A stretch of DNA of 62,661 nucleotides, the filler included, from Deltaproteobacteria bacterium (GTDB lineage Bacteria > JAUYMQ01): assembly GCA_030698575.1 (NCBI GenBank). It is 5 parts of 5 records of this genome, joined end to end, with 100 filler letters (N's around TTAATTAATTAA, not from the genome) between each part and the next. Parts side by side here need not be neighbours in the genome. Positions count along the whole stretch, not along the records: positions 9,019 to 25,190 come from JAUYMQ010000192.1; 4 more parts are not named here. One strand, written 5' to 3'. Positions 9,855-20,899 of the stretch are shown here, in pieces (within the stretch, counting starts at the first letter, position 1; each line of letters opens with the position of its first letter). A program made the translations under genes and the position numbers. The notes beneath the pieces were generated by a model. It ran no database searches. It saw nothing but the letters and a program-made list of their open reading frames with translations, and was not told where the DNA came from.

Positions 9855-12800
9855 GAGCGGGCACCTCCTGCAGCGAAGCTACCACCGCCCCCATCCCCCC
9901 GCAACGCGGAGGTGAGGCCCGTGCTCCAGGCGGCCCGGAGATCGGAGAGCGCCACGTCGATCCAGTCGTTCACGCGGATCCGATCGCCCCCCACCTCACC
10001 GATCACGGCGAATGGGGCGCCCGCCTCGCGGGCCAGCGCCTCGGCCCGGGCCCGCCCTTCCGGGCGGAAGCTCACGAGAATACGAGACGCGCTCTCGCCG
10101 AAAAGCAGCGCATCGGGCCTGCCCTCCGCGCCTATGCGGACGGTCGCGCCGATCGGCCCGCCGTCCCGGCCGGAACCGGCCAGCGAGCACTCGGTGAGCG
10201 CCACCGCCAGCCCGCCGTCGGCGCAGTCGTGGGCAGAGCGGAACAGGCTCGCTGCGATCCCCGCGCGGCAGGCGGCCTGCACGGCCTTTTCGAGCCGCCA
10301 GTCAAGGCGCGGCGGAAGGCCGCGTTCAAGGCCGTGGACGCGGGCGAGATACTCGCTCCCGCCGAGTTCATTGCCCACCTCTCCGAGGAGGGCGATGAGA
10401 TCACCGGCCTCCGCCCAGGCCGGGCCGGCGGAGGCGGCCCGGTCGTCGAGAAGGCCCACCATGACAATGGTCGGGGTGGGGTGAATCGCCGTGCCGCGCG
10501 TTTCGTTGTAGAAGCTCACGTTCCCGCTCACCACGGGCGTTTCGAGCTCACGGCAGGCCTCGACCATCCCCTCGACGGCCTCGGCGAACTGCCACATGAT
10601 CTCGGGCTTCTCCGGATTGCCGAAGTTCAAGCAGTTGGTCACGGCCTGCGGCGCCGCCCCGGTGCAGGAGACGTTTCGCGCGGCCTCGGCAACGGCCAGC
10701 GCGGCACCAGCGCGCGGATCGAGATAGCAGAAGCGGCTGTTGCAGTCGGCGCTGATTGCGACTGCCTTGTGCGTCTTCTGGATCCGGATGAGAGCGGCGT
10801 CGCCCCCACAACCCTGGATCGTATTGGCCCGCACAAGGCTGTCGTACTGGCGGTAGACCCACTCCTTGCTGCAGAGGTTCGGGGAGCCCATGAGGGCGAC
10901 AAGCGTGGCGCCGAGATCAGCCGGCGGCTTCACGCCCGCGAGATCGAGGGTCTGCACCTCGTCCTGCCAGTCCGGCCGCTGCATGGGCCGCTCGTAGACC
11001 GGCGCCTCTTCGGCCAGCGGCTTGACCGGAATCTCCGCCACGGACCGCCCGTCCTGAACGAGGCGAAGCCGCCCATCGTCGGTCACGGTGCCCACCACCT
11101 CGACCTGCAGGTCCCACTTCCGGAAAATCTCCTCGACCCCCTTCTCGCAGCCCTGCTTCGCGACCAGCAGCATCCGCTCCTGCGATTCCGAGAGCATGAT
11201 TTCGTAGGGCGTCATGCCCTCCTCGCGGAGGGGAATTCGCGACAGATCCAGCTCGATGCCCACGCCTCCCCGGCTGGCCATCTCGAGCGAGGACGAGGTG
11301 AGCCCCGCGGCCCCCATGTCCTGGATCGCGACGACGAGATCCTGCTTCATGACTTCCTGGCAGGCCTCGAGGAGCAGCTTTTCGGTGAAGGGGTCGCCCA
11401 CCTGCACGGTCGGGCGCTTCGCCTCCGCGCCTTCCCCGAACTCCTCGCTCGCCATCGTGGCCCCGTGAATGCCGTCGCGTCCGGTGCGGGAGCCCACGTA
11501 CATGACCGGGTTCCCCACCCCCGCGGCCACGGCCCGGAAGATCCGATCGGTCCGCACGAGCCCTAGGTTGAAGGCGTTCACGAGGATGTTGCCGTTGTAG
11601 GAAGGGTGAAAGGCGGTTTCGCCGCCGACGGTGGGACAGCCGAAGGAGTTCCCGTAACCGCCGATCCCCCGCACCACGCCGTCGATCAGGTGGCGCTGCC
11701 AGGGGTCGGCGGGATCTCCGAAGCGAAGCGAGTTGAGCGAGGCGATCGGCCGGGCGCCCATCGTGAACACGTCGCGCAGGATTCCTCCGACGCCCGTGGC
11801 CGCACCCTGGTAGGGCTCGATATAGCTCGGGTGGTTGTGGCTTTCGATCTTGAAGGCCACCCCGTAGCCGTCGCCGATGTCGATGACGCCGGCGTTCTCC
11901 CCCGGCCCCTGCAGCACCCGCTCGCCGGTCGTGGGGAGCTTCCGGAGGTGCACGCGGCTCGATTTGTAGGAGCAGTGCTCGCTCCACATGACGGAGAAGA
12001 TCCCGAGTTCCGTCATGTTCGGCGTTCGGCCGAGGATCTGGAGCACGCGGCCGTACTCATCGGCGCTTAGCCCGTGCCGGGCGGCGGTTTCCCCGGTGAC
12101 CGGCGCCTCCTCCCCGGCCGGGGCGGGGCGCTTCCTGGCAGAGGCCGTCCCGGGGGTGCGGGAGCCGGGGTTTCCGGCATCCGGCGGCGCCACAGGCGCC
12201 TTCCGGCCGAGATAAATCAGGGCCCCCTCGAACATGCGCCGGGCATCGGACCCTCCCAGCAGCCCTTCCACCGCGTGCTCCGGGTGGGGCATTAGGCCGA
12301 GCACGTTTCCGGCCGCGTTCGTGACGCCGGCGATGTTGCCAAGAGAGCCGTTCGGATTGGCCGCGTCGCTCACGCGACCTTCGGCGGTCGCGTAGCGAAA
12401 GGCGATCCGGCCGCTCTCTTCGAGCGTGCGGAGTGTGGCTGGGTCGGCGAAATAGCACCCCTCGCCGTGCTTGATCGGGAACCGCACCACCTCGCCCGCG
12501 CAGAGGCCGGCGGTCCAGGGCGTGCCGGCGTTCTCGACGCGGAGGGGCTGGTGCGGATCGCAGACGAAGCGAAGTGAGCGGTTGCGCACGAGGACGCCGG
12601 GCAGCAGACCGGCTTCGCAAAGAATCTGGAAGCCGTTGCAGATTCCCAGCACGAGGCCGCCCGCTTCGGCGAACCGCCGGATGGCTCCCATGACGGGTGA
12701 GAATTTCGCCATCGCGCCGCAGCGCAGGTAGTCTCCGTAGGAGAAACCTCCGGGGAGCACAACGGCGTCGAGATCGGTGAGCAACTCCTCGCGGTGCCAG

Positions 12801-12919
12801 ACAAAGCGCGCGGAGGCGCCAAGCACGCGCGAGAAGGCGTGGTAGGTATCGTGATCGTCGCAGGAGCCGGGAAAGACCACGACTCCCACGCGGATGTCCT
12901 CGCGACCCCGCTCCTTCAC
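9851..12919 (-). CDS. purQ/purL: Fused FGAM synthase: PurQ glutaminase (N-terminal) plus small-type PurL synthetase (C-terminal)
   Basis: One uninterrupted frame from GTG 12919 (overlapping the purS stop). PurQ motifs VFPGS, GICNGFQ, MPHPE; PurL motifs [44 protein letters not shown]. Confidence 0.93.
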   Translation of the reverse strand: MKERGREDIRVGVVVFPGSCDDHDTYHAFSRVLGASARFVWHREELLTDLDAVVLPGGFSYGDYLRCGAMAKFSPVMGAIRRFAEAGGLVLGICNGFQILCEAGLLPGVLVRNRSLRFVCDPHQPLRVENAGTPWTAGLCAGEVVRFPIKHGEGCYFADPATLRTLEESGRIAFRYATAEGRVSDAANPNGSLGNIAGVTNAAGNVLGLMPHPEHAVEGLLGGSDARRMFEGALIYLGRKAPVAPPDAGNPGSRTPGTASARKRPAPAGEEAPVTGETAARHGLSADEYGRVLQILGRTPNMTELGIFSVMWSEHCSYKSSRVHLRKLPTTGERVLQGPGENAGVIDIGDGYGVAFKIESHNHPSYIEPYQGAATGVGGILRDVFTMGARPIASLNSLRFGDPADPWQRHLIDGVVRGIGGYGNSFGCPTVGGETAFHPSYNGNILVNAFNLGLVRTDRIFRAVAAGVGNPVMYVGSRTGRDGIHGATMASEEFGEGAEAKRPTVQVGDPFTEKLLLEACQEVMKQDLVVAIQDMGAAGLTSSSLEMASRGGVGIELDLSRIPLREEGMTPYEIMLSESQERMLLVAKQGCEKGVEEIFRKWDLQVEVVGTVTDDGRLRLVQDGRSVAEIPVKPLAEEAPVYERPMQRPDWQDEVQTLDLAGVKPPADLGATLVALMGSPNLCSKEWVYRQYDSLVRANTIQGCGGDAALIRIQKTHKAVAISADCNSRFCYLDPRAGAALAVAEAARNVSCTGAAPQAVTNCLNFGNPEKPEIMWQFAEAVEGMVEACRELETPVVSGNVSFYNETRGTAIHPTPTIVMVGLLDDRAASAGPAWAEAGDLIALLGEVGNELGGSEYLARVHGLERGLPPRLDWRLEKAVQAACRAGIAASLFRSAHDCADGGLAVALTECSLAGSGRDGGPIGATVRIGAEGRPDALLFGESASRILVSFRPEGRARAEALAREAGAPFAVIGEVGGDRIRVNDWIDVALSDLRAAWSTGLTSALRGDGGGGSFAAGGARS

Positions 12920-13161
12920 GCCGTCTCCAGCTCTATCTTCCAGCTCTCGATGAGGGGGTTCGCCAGAAGCTTCTCGCTCATCTCGTCGAGGAGCTTCCGG
13001 GCCTTCCCGGGAGGGAGATCGGCCAGTTCGATGACGAAGCACTTTCCGGCCCGGAGGTCGGTGACGGCGTCGTAGCCCAGGGCGTGTAGCGATCCCTGGA
13101 TGGCTTTCCCCTGGGGATCGAGCACCCCTTCCTTCGGCAGTACGATGACCCTGGCTTTCAT
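12916..13161 (-). CDS. purS: FGAM synthase subunit PurS
   Basis: VLDPQGKAI and LLANPLIE motifs; 81 aa. Confidence 0.96.
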   Translation of the reverse strand: MKARVIVLPKEGVLDPQGKAIQGSLHALGYDAVTDLRAGKCFVIELADLPPGKARKLLDEMSEKLLANPLIESWKIELETA

Positions 13162-13209
13162 GCTTGCCTGTCCCCTTCCCCCTGATCGCCCCGAGGGGGC
13201 GAGCTACCG

Positions 13210-13947
13210 TCAGGACCCGCAGATCCGCCGCGCGACCTCCTCGTAAGACTCCTCGATCCTGCCCAGATCGCGCCGGAACCGGTCCTTGTCCATCTTCTCA
13301 TGTGTCTTTTTGTCCCACAGGCGGCAGGTGTCGGGCGAGATCTCGTCGCCCAGAAGCACGGCGCCGGCTCCACCGCCGGTCGTCCTGCCGAACTCGAGCT
13401 TGAAGTCGACCAGACGGATCTCGCGCTGATCGAGATACTTCACGAGGAACTCGTTCACCTTCAGCGCTTCGCGGCGAATGTGCAACATCTCTTCACTCGT
13501 GGCCAGATTGAGCACCTGGATGTGATCCAGGTTGATGGGCGGGTCGCTCAGATCGTCGCGCTTGTAGTAGTGCTCGACGATGGGTCGCGGAAGCGACGCC
13601 CCTTCCTCCATCCCCAGGCGCTTGGCGAGGCTTCCCGCCACGACGTTCCGGACCACGACCTCCACGAGGATGATCTGGAGCCGCCGGCAGAGCATCTCCC
13701 GGTCGGACAGCTTCGCGACGAAATGCGTCGTCACGCCGGACTCGCCCAGGAGTTCGAAGAGATGCGAGGCGATTCGGTTGTTGATAACCCCCTTGTTCAC
13801 GATGGTCCCGCGCTTCTTGGCGTCGAAGGCAGTGGCATCGTCCTTGAAGTACTGGATGATCATGTGCGGATCGCTCGTGGCGTAGACGATCTTCGCCTTG
13901 CCCTCGTGGAGCTTTTCCGCCCTTTCGGGTGTGGGCGTGCTGCTCAT
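13210..13947 (-). CDS. purC: SAICAR synthetase
   Basis: [37 protein letters not shown] and [10 protein letters not shown]. Confidence 0.97.
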   Translation of the reverse strand: MSSTPTPERAEKLHEGKAKIVYATSDPHMIIQYFKDDATAFDAKKRGTIVNKGVINNRIASHLFELLGESGVTTHFVAKLSDREMLCRRLQIILVEVVVRNVVAGSLAKRLGMEEGASLPRPIVEHYYKRDDLSDPPINLDHIQVLNLATSEEMLHIRREALKVNEFLVKYLDQREIRLVDFKLEFGRTTGGGAGAVLLGDEISPDTCRLWDKKTHEKMDKDRFRRDLGRIEESYEEVARRICGS

Positions 13948-13989
13948 CAGGCTCTCCAGGCCGCCGGCACTTCTGCCGGGCGACGGGGG

Positions 13990-15342
13990 TTAGGGCCGCT
14001 TGCGCGGCTTGCGGGGCTTTCTGGTGTTCTTCCGGCTTCCGATCTTCGCGCCGCCGAAGGCGCGCTTGAAGAGTGTGTCCAGGTGACGCAAGTGATCTTC
14101 CAGATCGAAGCAGGCATCGAGGTCGGCTCGCTTCAGCACACGGGAGACATCAGGGTCCGTCGCGAGGAGCCGCTTGAACTCCTCACCCTCCTTGAGTGTG
14201 CGCATGGCGCATCGCTGAACCCACTCATAGGCGTCCTCGCGCGAGACGCCCCACTGGGCCAGTGTGATCAGGACGCGCTGGCTGAAGATGAGGCCCTGGG
14301 TGAGCGCGAGATTGCGCTTCATCCGCTCGGGATAGACCACCAGCCGCTCGAGGAGTCGCGTGAGGCGCGCCAGCATGTAGTCAAGGAGGATGGTTGAATC
14401 GGGCGCGATGATCCGCTCGACGCTCGAGTGGCTGATGTCCCGCTCGTGCCAGAGGGGAACGTTCTCGAGCGACGCCAGGGCGTTGCCGCGCAACACGCGC
14501 GCAAGCCCCGACAGGTTCTCGGAGGCGATCGGGTTGCGCTTGTGAGGCATGGCCGAGCTGCCCTTCTGCCCCTCCGAGAAAAACTCCTCCGCCTCACCCA
14601 CCTCGGTGCGCTGGAGGTGCCGGATCTCCACCGCAATCTTCTCGATGCTCGCTCCGACGATCGCGATCGTGGTGAAGAACTCTGCGTGGCGGTCCCGCTG
14701 CACCACCTGCGTGGCAAGGGGTTCGGCAGCGAGGCCGAGCCGGTCGAGCACGGCCCGTTCGACGGCGGGATCGAGGTAGGCGAAGGTGCCCACGGCACCC
14801 GATAGTTTTCCCACCGCCACGGCGTCGCGGGCGCGCAGAAGCCGAACCCGGTGACGTGTCATTTCAACGTGCCAGAGGGCGAGCTTCAGGCCGAAGGTCG
14901 TCGGCTCGGCGTGCATCCCGTGCGACCGGCCGACCATCACGGTGCGCTTGTGCTCCCGGGCCCGCTTCTCGAGGATGGCGAGCAGCGCATCGATGTCCTC
15001 GATCAGCAGTTCGGCGGCGGCGGAGAGCTGGAGCGCAAGGGCGGTGTCGAGCACGTCGGAGCTGGTGAGCCCCATATGGATGTAGCGCGCGTCGGGGCCG
15101 ACGTTTTCGGCAACGTTTGTCAGGAACGCGATGACGTCGTGCTTGACCTTCTTCTCGATGGCGTCGATGCGCGCGGGGTCGAATCGCGCCTTCTTCTTGA
15201 TCGTCTGCAGCGCGCGCCGGGGAATTTCACCTCGCCGCGAAAGCTCTTCGCAGACCGCCAGCTCCACGCGCAGCCAGCCCCCGTATTTCGCTTCCGGGGA
15301 CCAGAGCGCACTCATCTCCGGCCGGGAATATCGCGGTATCAC
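13990..15342 (-). CDS. purB: Adenylosuccinate lyase
   Basis: MIPRYSRPEM start, GRSHGMHAEPTT and GSSAMPHKRNP signature. Confidence 0.97.
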   Translation of the reverse strand: MIPRYSRPEMSALWSPEAKYGGWLRVELAVCEELSRRGEIPRRALQTIKKKARFDPARIDAIEKKVKHDVIAFLTNVAENVGPDARYIHMGLTSSDVLDTALALQLSAAAELLIEDIDALLAILEKRAREHKRTVMVGRSHGMHAEPTTFGLKLALWHVEMTRHRVRLLRARDAVAVGKLSGAVGTFAYLDPAVERAVLDRLGLAAEPLATQVVQRDRHAEFFTTIAIVGASIEKIAVEIRHLQRTEVGEAEEFFSEGQKGSSAMPHKRNPIASENLSGLARVLRGNALASLENVPLWHERDISHSSVERIIAPDSTILLDYMLARLTRLLERLVVYPERMKRNLALTQGLIFSQRVLITLAQWGVSREDAYEWVQRCAMRTLKEGEEFKRLLATDPDVSRVLKRADLDACFDLEDHLRHLDTLFKRAFGGAKIGSRKNTRKPRKPRKRP

Positions 15343-15412
15343 GGTTTCCCCCGGGCCGTCCGGGCGACTCGACCGCCCCGACGGAGAAGACGCTGTCTCA
15401 GCCGTTCACGCC

Positions 15413-16414
15413 TCAGCCGCTCACGAAAGAGCGGAAAAAGAACCATGCGCTCATGTAATAGTACAGGACCGGAAAGGCCACCATGTTGCTGTCGATGCGG
15501 TCGAGCATCCCCCCCATGCCGGGGAAGATCGTGCCCGTGTCCTTGGCCTTCGCGTCGCGCTTGATGAGCGATTCGGCGAGATCGCCGAGAATTCCGAATA
15601 CCGAGAGGAGCGCCGCGATGAGCACCGCCTGCTGAAGCGGCAGCACGGGACTCGTCAGGATCCAGAAGTTGAACACCGCCCAGGCGACGAGTCCGAGGAG
15701 GATGCCCACGAGGGCTCCGCCCACGGCCCCCTCGACGGTCTTGTTGGGGGAGACGCGGGGCGCGAGCTTCAGCCGCCCGAACCGCCGCCCGACGAAGTAA
15801 GCGCCCACGTCGGTCCCCGCAACGGTAACTATACAAAAGAGCAGAAGGAAGATCCCGAGCTTGTCATCAACGAAAGCGCCGCCCATCCAGAAAGGCCCCT
15901 CCGCGGGCGCCCCGTACTTGATTCGCAGGATCTCATCCATCCGGCGGAGCAGAATGGCGTGGGACATGAGCCAGCCGACGTAGAAAACCCCGAAGAAGGT
16001 GGCCGAGATGTCAGAAATCGCCTCGGCGATGTCCTGCTTCAGGAGCTGGAGGATCATGACCACGAGCAGGACCGCCGTGAGCAGCACGTTGGTCTGGTAC
16101 TCGTTTCCCACGTAGGCGACGATCCCGAGCAGCGCCCCCCCGACGATCCCCGCTGTTTTCTGCGGCCGGAGCCCCTTCGCCTCGATGATCTCGTAGAACT
16201 CCCTGAGCCCGAGGCAGATGATCGCCACCAAGGTCACCAGGAAGGGGAGCCCGCCGATGAAGATCATGAATATGACGAAGGGAATGATGACGGCTGCGCT
16301 GAACAACCTGAGCTGGAGCGACCGCGAGATTCGCCCCGACTTCGGCGCCTCGTCGGGCTCTTCCGCGCGGCCGGTGGCCGGGATCGGATCCTGGGGAAGG
16401 TCGGGTTCGCTCAA
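15413..16414 (-). CDS. cdsA: Phosphatidate cytidylyltransferase
   Basis: Multiple TMs, DVGAYFVG, SPNKTVEG and GDLAESLIKR..KDTG..FPGMGGMLDRIDS. TTG 16414 follows GGAGAAG (start approximate). Confidence 0.93.
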   Translation of the reverse strand: MSEPDLPQDPIPATGRAEEPDEAPKSGRISRSLQLRLFSAAVIIPFVIFMIFIGGLPFLVTLVAIICLGLREFYEIIEAKGLRPQKTAGIVGGALLGIVAYVGNEYQTNVLLTAVLLVVMILQLLKQDIAEAISDISATFFGVFYVGWLMSHAILLRRMDEILRIKYGAPAEGPFWMGGAFVDDKLGIFLLLFCIVTVAGTDVGAYFVGRRFGRLKLAPRVSPNKTVEGAVGGALVGILLGLVAWAVFNFWILTSPVLPLQQAVLIAALLSVFGILGDLAESLIKRDAKAKDTGTIFPGMGGMLDRIDSNMVAFPVLYYYMSAWFFFRSFVSG

Positions 16415-16597
16415 TCGTCTTCTCCGCGCGACCTCGGCGGCGCGCGAGCAAGGTTGCTCAGTGAACCCCACCGGCAAGGAACTATCGTGTAACGATGATG
16501 ACGGGAGTTGCCCCTCTGCGCGAGGGGCCCAAGGCGCGTCCGACCAGAGCATATCCGGAAGGATCGGAAATTCTATACCCGATCCGCGCGCGTCGCG

Positions 16598-17053
16598 TCA
16601 ATCGCCCGTGTGCCCGAAACCACCTTCGCCCCGCTGGCTGGCGGGAAGCGCGGGCACCTCGTCCCAGAGCGGCCTGACCACGGGCGCAACGATAAGCTGG
16701 GCGATGCGATCGCCGCGACGGATCGTCACCGGCGCCTGCCCGAGGTTCACAAGGATCACGCAGACCTCCCCCCGGAAGTCGGCGTCGATGGTGCCGGGGG
16801 CGTTGGCCACGGTGAGACCGTGCCTGAGCGCCAGCCCGCTTCGCGGCCGTACCTGCCCCTCGTAGCCCGAGGGCAGCGCCAGCGAGAACCCCGTGGGGAC
16901 GGCTGCGCGCTCGCCGGGAGCCAGGGTCAGGTTCTCCTCGAGCGCGGCCCCGAGATCCACGCCGGCCGCCTCTGGCGACATGGCCGCCGGGAGGGGCAGA
17001 TCGGCATCCCGTTCCGGGCGGACACGCCGTATGGGGATCTTCAGATCTTCCAC
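16598..17053 (-). CDS. dut: dUTP diphosphatase
   Basis: [28 protein letters not shown] and [10 protein letters not shown]. Confidence 0.97.
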   Translation of the reverse strand: MEDLKIPIRRVRPERDADLPLPAAMSPEAAGVDLGAALEENLTLAPGERAAVPTGFSLALPSGYEGQVRPRSGLALRHGLTVANAPGTIDADFRGEVCVILVNLGQAPVTIRRGDRIAQLIVAPVVRPLWDEVPALPASQRGEGGFGHTGD

Positions 17054-17101
17054 CGGGCCTCCAAAAACGACTCCCCGCCGGAAGCGGGGAGAGGTCGGGG
17101 G

Positions 17102-19432
17102 TCAGCGGCGCCGGCGATGGCTCCGGCCCCCATCATCCCGAGGAGAGGAGTCCTCGGAGTCTTTTTTGCCGCCCTTTTCGGCCTCGCCCTGGGCCTCGTC
17201 ATCGAGATCGCCGAGCGCTGCCTTGCGGGACAGGCGAATCTTCCCCTGCGGATCGACGTCGAGACACTTGACCATGACCTCGTCGCCCTCCCGCAGCACG
17301 TCCGTGACCTTGTCGACCCGCTTGTGGGCCAGCTCGGAGATGTGCACGAGGCCGTCGGTGCCGGGGAAGATCTCGACAAAGGCGCCGAAGTCCATGATCT
17401 TGCGGACCTTGCCCAGATAGACACGGCCGATCTCGGCCTCCTGGGTCAGCTCCCGGATCATGGCCTTGGCCTGCTCGAGCGCCTTCAGGTCGGCGGAAGC
17501 GACGCGTACCTCGCCGGAGTCGTCCACATCGATCTTGGCGCCCGTGCGGCTCTGGATCCCCTTGATGACCTTTCCGCCTGGCCCAATGACGTCGCGGATC
17601 CGGTCGGGCTTGATCCAGACCGTCTCGATTCGCGGCGCGTGAGGCGAAAGTTCCGGGCGCGGCGCCGAGAGCGCAGCGTTCATCCGCTCGAGCACGTGGA
17701 GTCTGGCCACCCGGGCCTGATCGAGCGCCTGGGCCATCACCTCGCGGCTCACGCCCTCGTCGATCTTGATGTCCATCTGCAGCGCAGTGACGCCAACCGA
17801 GGTCCCGGTGACCTTGAAATCCATGTCGCCGAGGTGATCCTCGTCGCCAAGGATGTCGGTCAGCACGGCAACATCAGATCCCTCCTTGATGAGCCCCATG
17901 GCGATGCCGGCCACCGGTGCATTGATGGGCACACCGGCGTCCATGAGGGAGAGCGAACCGCCGCAGACCGTTGCCATGGAGGACGACCCGTTCGACTCGA
18001 GCACCTCGCCCACCACGCGGATCGTGTAGGGGAACTTCACGGCCTCCGGAAGCTGGCCGCGCAGAGCGCGGTCGGCGAGTGCACCGTGGCCGATCTCGCG
18101 CCGGCCAGGGCCCCGGAGAAACTTCGTCTCGCCGGTGCTGAATGGGGGGAAGTTGTAGTGGAGCAGGAAGGTTCGCCAGTGCTCCCCCGTCAGGGTTTCG
18201 ATGAGTTGCTCGTCATCCGAAGTGCCAAGCGTCGTCATCACGAGCGCCTGGGTTTCACCGCGTGTGAAGAGCGCCGAACCGTGCGCCCTGGGGAGGATGC
18301 CGACCTGGCACTCGATGGCGCGGACGTCGCCGAGCCCCCGGCCGTCGATGCGCGTCTTGTCCTTCAGGATGCGCATGCGGACGATGTGGCCCTCGAGATC
18401 ATGGAACCACGACTTGAGCCGGGCCTCCAGGGCCCGGATCTCCCGGGCTGCGGTCTCCAGCTCCGCGGGGCTGCCCAGGCTGCGCTGGCGGGCCTTCTCG
18501 GGCGCCACGAAGGCTTCCGTCATCTCGTCTCGCGCCGCCCTGATCTGCTCGCGGCGCTTCTGCTTCTCAGTCACGCTGTAGGCTTCCGTGAGCTTTGGCG
18601 CGACGAGATCCTTGAAGCGCTTGAACTCCTCGAGGTGGGCGGAGGCGGCCTCGTCGCCAGCCGCCTCGCCGGAGAGCACGCGCTCCATGCGCTGGTGGGT
18701 CACCGGCGCGACGAAAGCGATCTTCTCGATCGAAAGCCCCTCCGCGAGGCGCGTCTTCTCGACCGCCGCCCGCAATTCCTTCTGGATCGCAATGAGGGGC
18801 CGGATCGCCTCGTGGCCGAACAGGAGCGCCTCCACGATGTCCGACTCGAGAATCTCCTTGCCTCCCCCCTCCACCATGACGATGGCGTCCTCGCTCGCCG
18901 CGAGGATGATGTTGAGATCGCAGTCGGCAACCTGACTGTTCGTGGGATTGGCGATGAGCTCACCGTTGATCCGCCCCACGCGCACGCCCGCGATCGGTCC
19001 CTGGAAGGGGATGTCCGATATTGTCAGCGCAGCACTGGCGCCGGTGATCGCGAGCACGTCCGCATCGCATTCGGGATCCGACGAGAGCACGGTGGCGATG
19101 ATCTGCGTCTCGTTCCTGAAACCTTCCGGAAAGAGCGGCCGGAGCGGCCGGTCGATGAATCGCGAGGTCAGGGTTTCCTTCTCGGTGAGCCGCCCTTCGC
19201 GCTTGAAGAACCCGCCGGGAATCTTTCCCGCGGAGGAGGTCTTCTCGAGGTAATCGACGGTAAGCGGGAAAAAGTCGATCCCCTCCCTCGGGAGCCCAGA
19301 GGAAACCGCAGTGACAAGGACCATCGTGTCGCCGTATGAAACAACCACCGCGCCATTGGCCTGACGGGCTATCGCGCCCGTTTCCAGCCCAAGCGCCTGG
19401 CCTCCTACTTCAGTTGTAAGCTTGATTGACAT
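17102..19432 (-). CDS. pnp: Polyribonucleotide nucleotidyltransferase
   Basis: Two RNase PH domains ([31 protein letters not shown]) plus KH and S1 domains. Confidence 0.98.
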   Translation of the reverse strand: MSIKLTTEVGGQALGLETGAIARQANGAVVVSYGDTMVLVTAVSSGLPREGIDFFPLTVDYLEKTSSAGKIPGGFFKREGRLTEKETLTSRFIDRPLRPLFPEGFRNETQIIATVLSSDPECDADVLAITGASAALTISDIPFQGPIAGVRVGRINGELIANPTNSQVADCDLNIILAASEDAIVMVEGGGKEILESDIVEALLFGHEAIRPLIAIQKELRAAVEKTRLAEGLSIEKIAFVAPVTHQRMERVLSGEAAGDEAASAHLEEFKRFKDLVAPKLTEAYSVTEKQKRREQIRAARDEMTEAFVAPEKARQRSLGSPAELETAAREIRALEARLKSWFHDLEGHIVRMRILKDKTRIDGRGLGDVRAIECQVGILPRAHGSALFTRGETQALVMTTLGTSDDEQLIETLTGEHWRTFLLHYNFPPFSTGETKFLRGPGRREIGHGALADRALRGQLPEAVKFPYTIRVVGEVLESNGSSSMATVCGGSLSLMDAGVPINAPVAGIAMGLIKEGSDVAVLTDILGDEDHLGDMDFKVTGTSVGVTALQMDIKIDEGVSREVMAQALDQARVARLHVLERMNAALSAPRPELSPHAPRIETVWIKPDRIRDVIGPGGKVIKGIQSRTGAKIDVDDSGEVRVASADLKALEQAKAMIRELTQEAEIGRVYLGKVRKIMDFGAFVEIFPGTDGLVHISELAHKRVDKVTDVLREGDEVMVKCLDVDPQGKIRLSRKAALGDLDDEAQGEAEKGGKKDSEDSSPRDDGGRSHRRRR

Positions 19433-19561
19433 ACCCTCTCATCCTTCCCAGGGCGCGGCCATCCGCACCCCTGTCGCCCGAACACCGCCCTTTGGCGCGT
19501 CCCGGCCGGTGACTGATTAGGAGAGAACCCGGCGGGTCCCCTCGCCTTGGTAAGGAGCCGG

Positions 19562-19831
19562 CTACTTACGAATTCCCAGCCGATCGATGACTTTCCGGTA
19601 CCGCTCGATGTCCTTGCGCTTCAGGTAGTCGAGCAGCCTGCGCCGCTTTCCCACCAGCTTGAGCAAGCCGACGCGGGAGTGGTGATCCTTCTTGTGAAAC
19701 TTGAAGTGACCGGTGAGGTGATCGATGCGGGTCGTCATCAGCGCGATCTGCACCTCAGGCGATCCGGTGTCGGTGTCGTGAGTCCGGAAGTCTCCGATAA
19801 CCTTCTGCTTCTGCTCCTTGGGCGTTTCCAT
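19562..19831 (-). CDS. rpsO: 30S ribosomal protein S15
   Basis: [19 protein letters not shown] and RRRLLDYL; 89 aa from ATG 19831. Confidence 0.98.
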   Translation of the reverse strand: METPKEQKQKVIGDFRTHDTDTGSPEVQIALMTTRIDHLTGHFKFHKKDHHSRVGLLKLVGKRRRLLDYLKRKDIERYRKVIDRLGIRK

Positions 19832-19847
19832 GTTCGATCCCTCCATT

Positions 19848-19948
19848 GCCGCTCAATCGAGCGGCGCTAGTCGCCGCAGGCGCCGGATCGGGGCGCCAGG
19901 GCCGTGTGGTAAGTCGTGTTGCCTCGCGCGGCCGCTCGTTCGAGCGGG
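19848..19948 (-). promoter_or_regulatory. Candidate structured rpsO leader with twin hairpins
   Basis: GCCGCTC-N4-GAGCGGC (19848-19865, next to the SD) and a near-identical CCGCTC-N4-GAGCGG (19932-19947). Confidence 0.4.
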
Positions 19949-19951
19949 CGC

Positions 19952-20899
19952 TCACTCGTAATCGTGAAGAACCCGTATAGTCCGGAGCCGCATCCGCCCG
20001 GACCGCTCCTCGACAACCTCCGTGAGGGCGACCACACCACCCGCAGGCCCAAGAATCATGACGCGATCACCCGCCCGGCTGCCCGAGGGCGCGTCCGGGG
20101 GCTGCCCCTGCGCGGCCCGGGCTGCGGTATCTGCATCGACCAGGCTGGGCGTCCACTCTTCCGCCAGGGCCTCGGCCAGCGGGATGAGGTGCTTCCCGAG
20201 CGCCTCTCCCTTTCCTTCGAGAAGGGCCTCGAGCGGCTGGGCCTGCTCGATGCTGAAACGCCCGCTTCGTGTCCGGCGAAGGCCCGCCAGCGTTGCGCCG
20301 CAGCCCAGTCGCCGCCCCAGTTCCCAGGCCAGCGTGCGGATGTAGGTTCCCTTGGCGCAGGTCACACGCAACGTCAGTTCGGGAAGGGCCACCGACTCGA
20401 TTTCGATTGCCCGGATCGAGACCTTCCGCGGCGCCCGATCGACTTCCTTGCCGGCCCGGGCCAGCACGTGAAGCCGCACCCCCCCTTGCTTGACCGCCGA
20501 GTACATCGGCGGAACCTGCTCAATCTCCCCGACGAGGCCCGCAGCCTCGCGCGCGATGAGTTCGGGGCTGGCCCCCGCCCAGTCAGCCTCGCGCGTCACG
20601 GTACCCGTGACATCCTGCGTATCTGTCTCAATGCCGAGCCTGACCCGCGCGAGGTATTCCTTCTCGCCCGCCATCAGAAATCGCGAGGCCTTCGTCGCCT
20701 CGTTGATGCAGACAACCAGGAGCCCCGTCGCAAGCGGATCGAGCGTGCCGGCATGCCCCGACCGCCGAACTCCCGGGAGCCGCCTGAGCAGCTCCACGAC
20801 GTCATGGGAGGTGAGCCCCGCGGGCTTGTCCACCAGCAGGACGCCGTGGCGCCTGCCGGGGCCCTCAACCGGGGGCAAGGAGCGCCCGGGCACGCTCAT
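19952..20899 (-). CDS. truB: tRNA pseudouridine(55) synthase
   Basis: DKPAGLTSHD, GHAGTLDPLATG, QVPPMYSAVK and GTYIRTL. Confidence 0.96.
   Translation of the reverse strand: MSVPGRSLPPVEGPGRRHGVLLVDKPAGLTSHDVVELLRRLPGVRRSGHAGTLDPLATGLLVVCINEATKASRFLMAGEKEYLARVRLGIETDTQDVTGTVTREADWAGASPELIAREAAGLVGEIEQVPPMYSAVKQGGVRLHVLARAGKEVDRAPRKVSIRAIEIESVALPELTLRVTCAKGTYIRTLAWELGRRLGCGATLAGLRRTRSGRFSIEQAQPLEALLEGKGEALGKHLIPLAEALAEEWTPSLVDADTAARAAQGQPPDAPSGSRAGDRVMILGPAGGVVALTEVVEERSGRMRLRTIRVLHDYE

Noticed and set aside
16440-16540. ZMP/ZTP riboswitch-like fragments (CGCCTTGGGC, GGTGGGG) upstream of the pur genes
   Set aside because: Elements are in the wrong order and the GACTGGCG core is missing
16508-19339. 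Long antisense ORFs (943 aa opposite pnp, also 2537-4396, 23197-24690, 32380-34269, 53462-54817, 60793-62370)
   Set aside because: Shadow frames of GC-rich genes with no recognisable motifs; the opposite strand carries clear conserved genes
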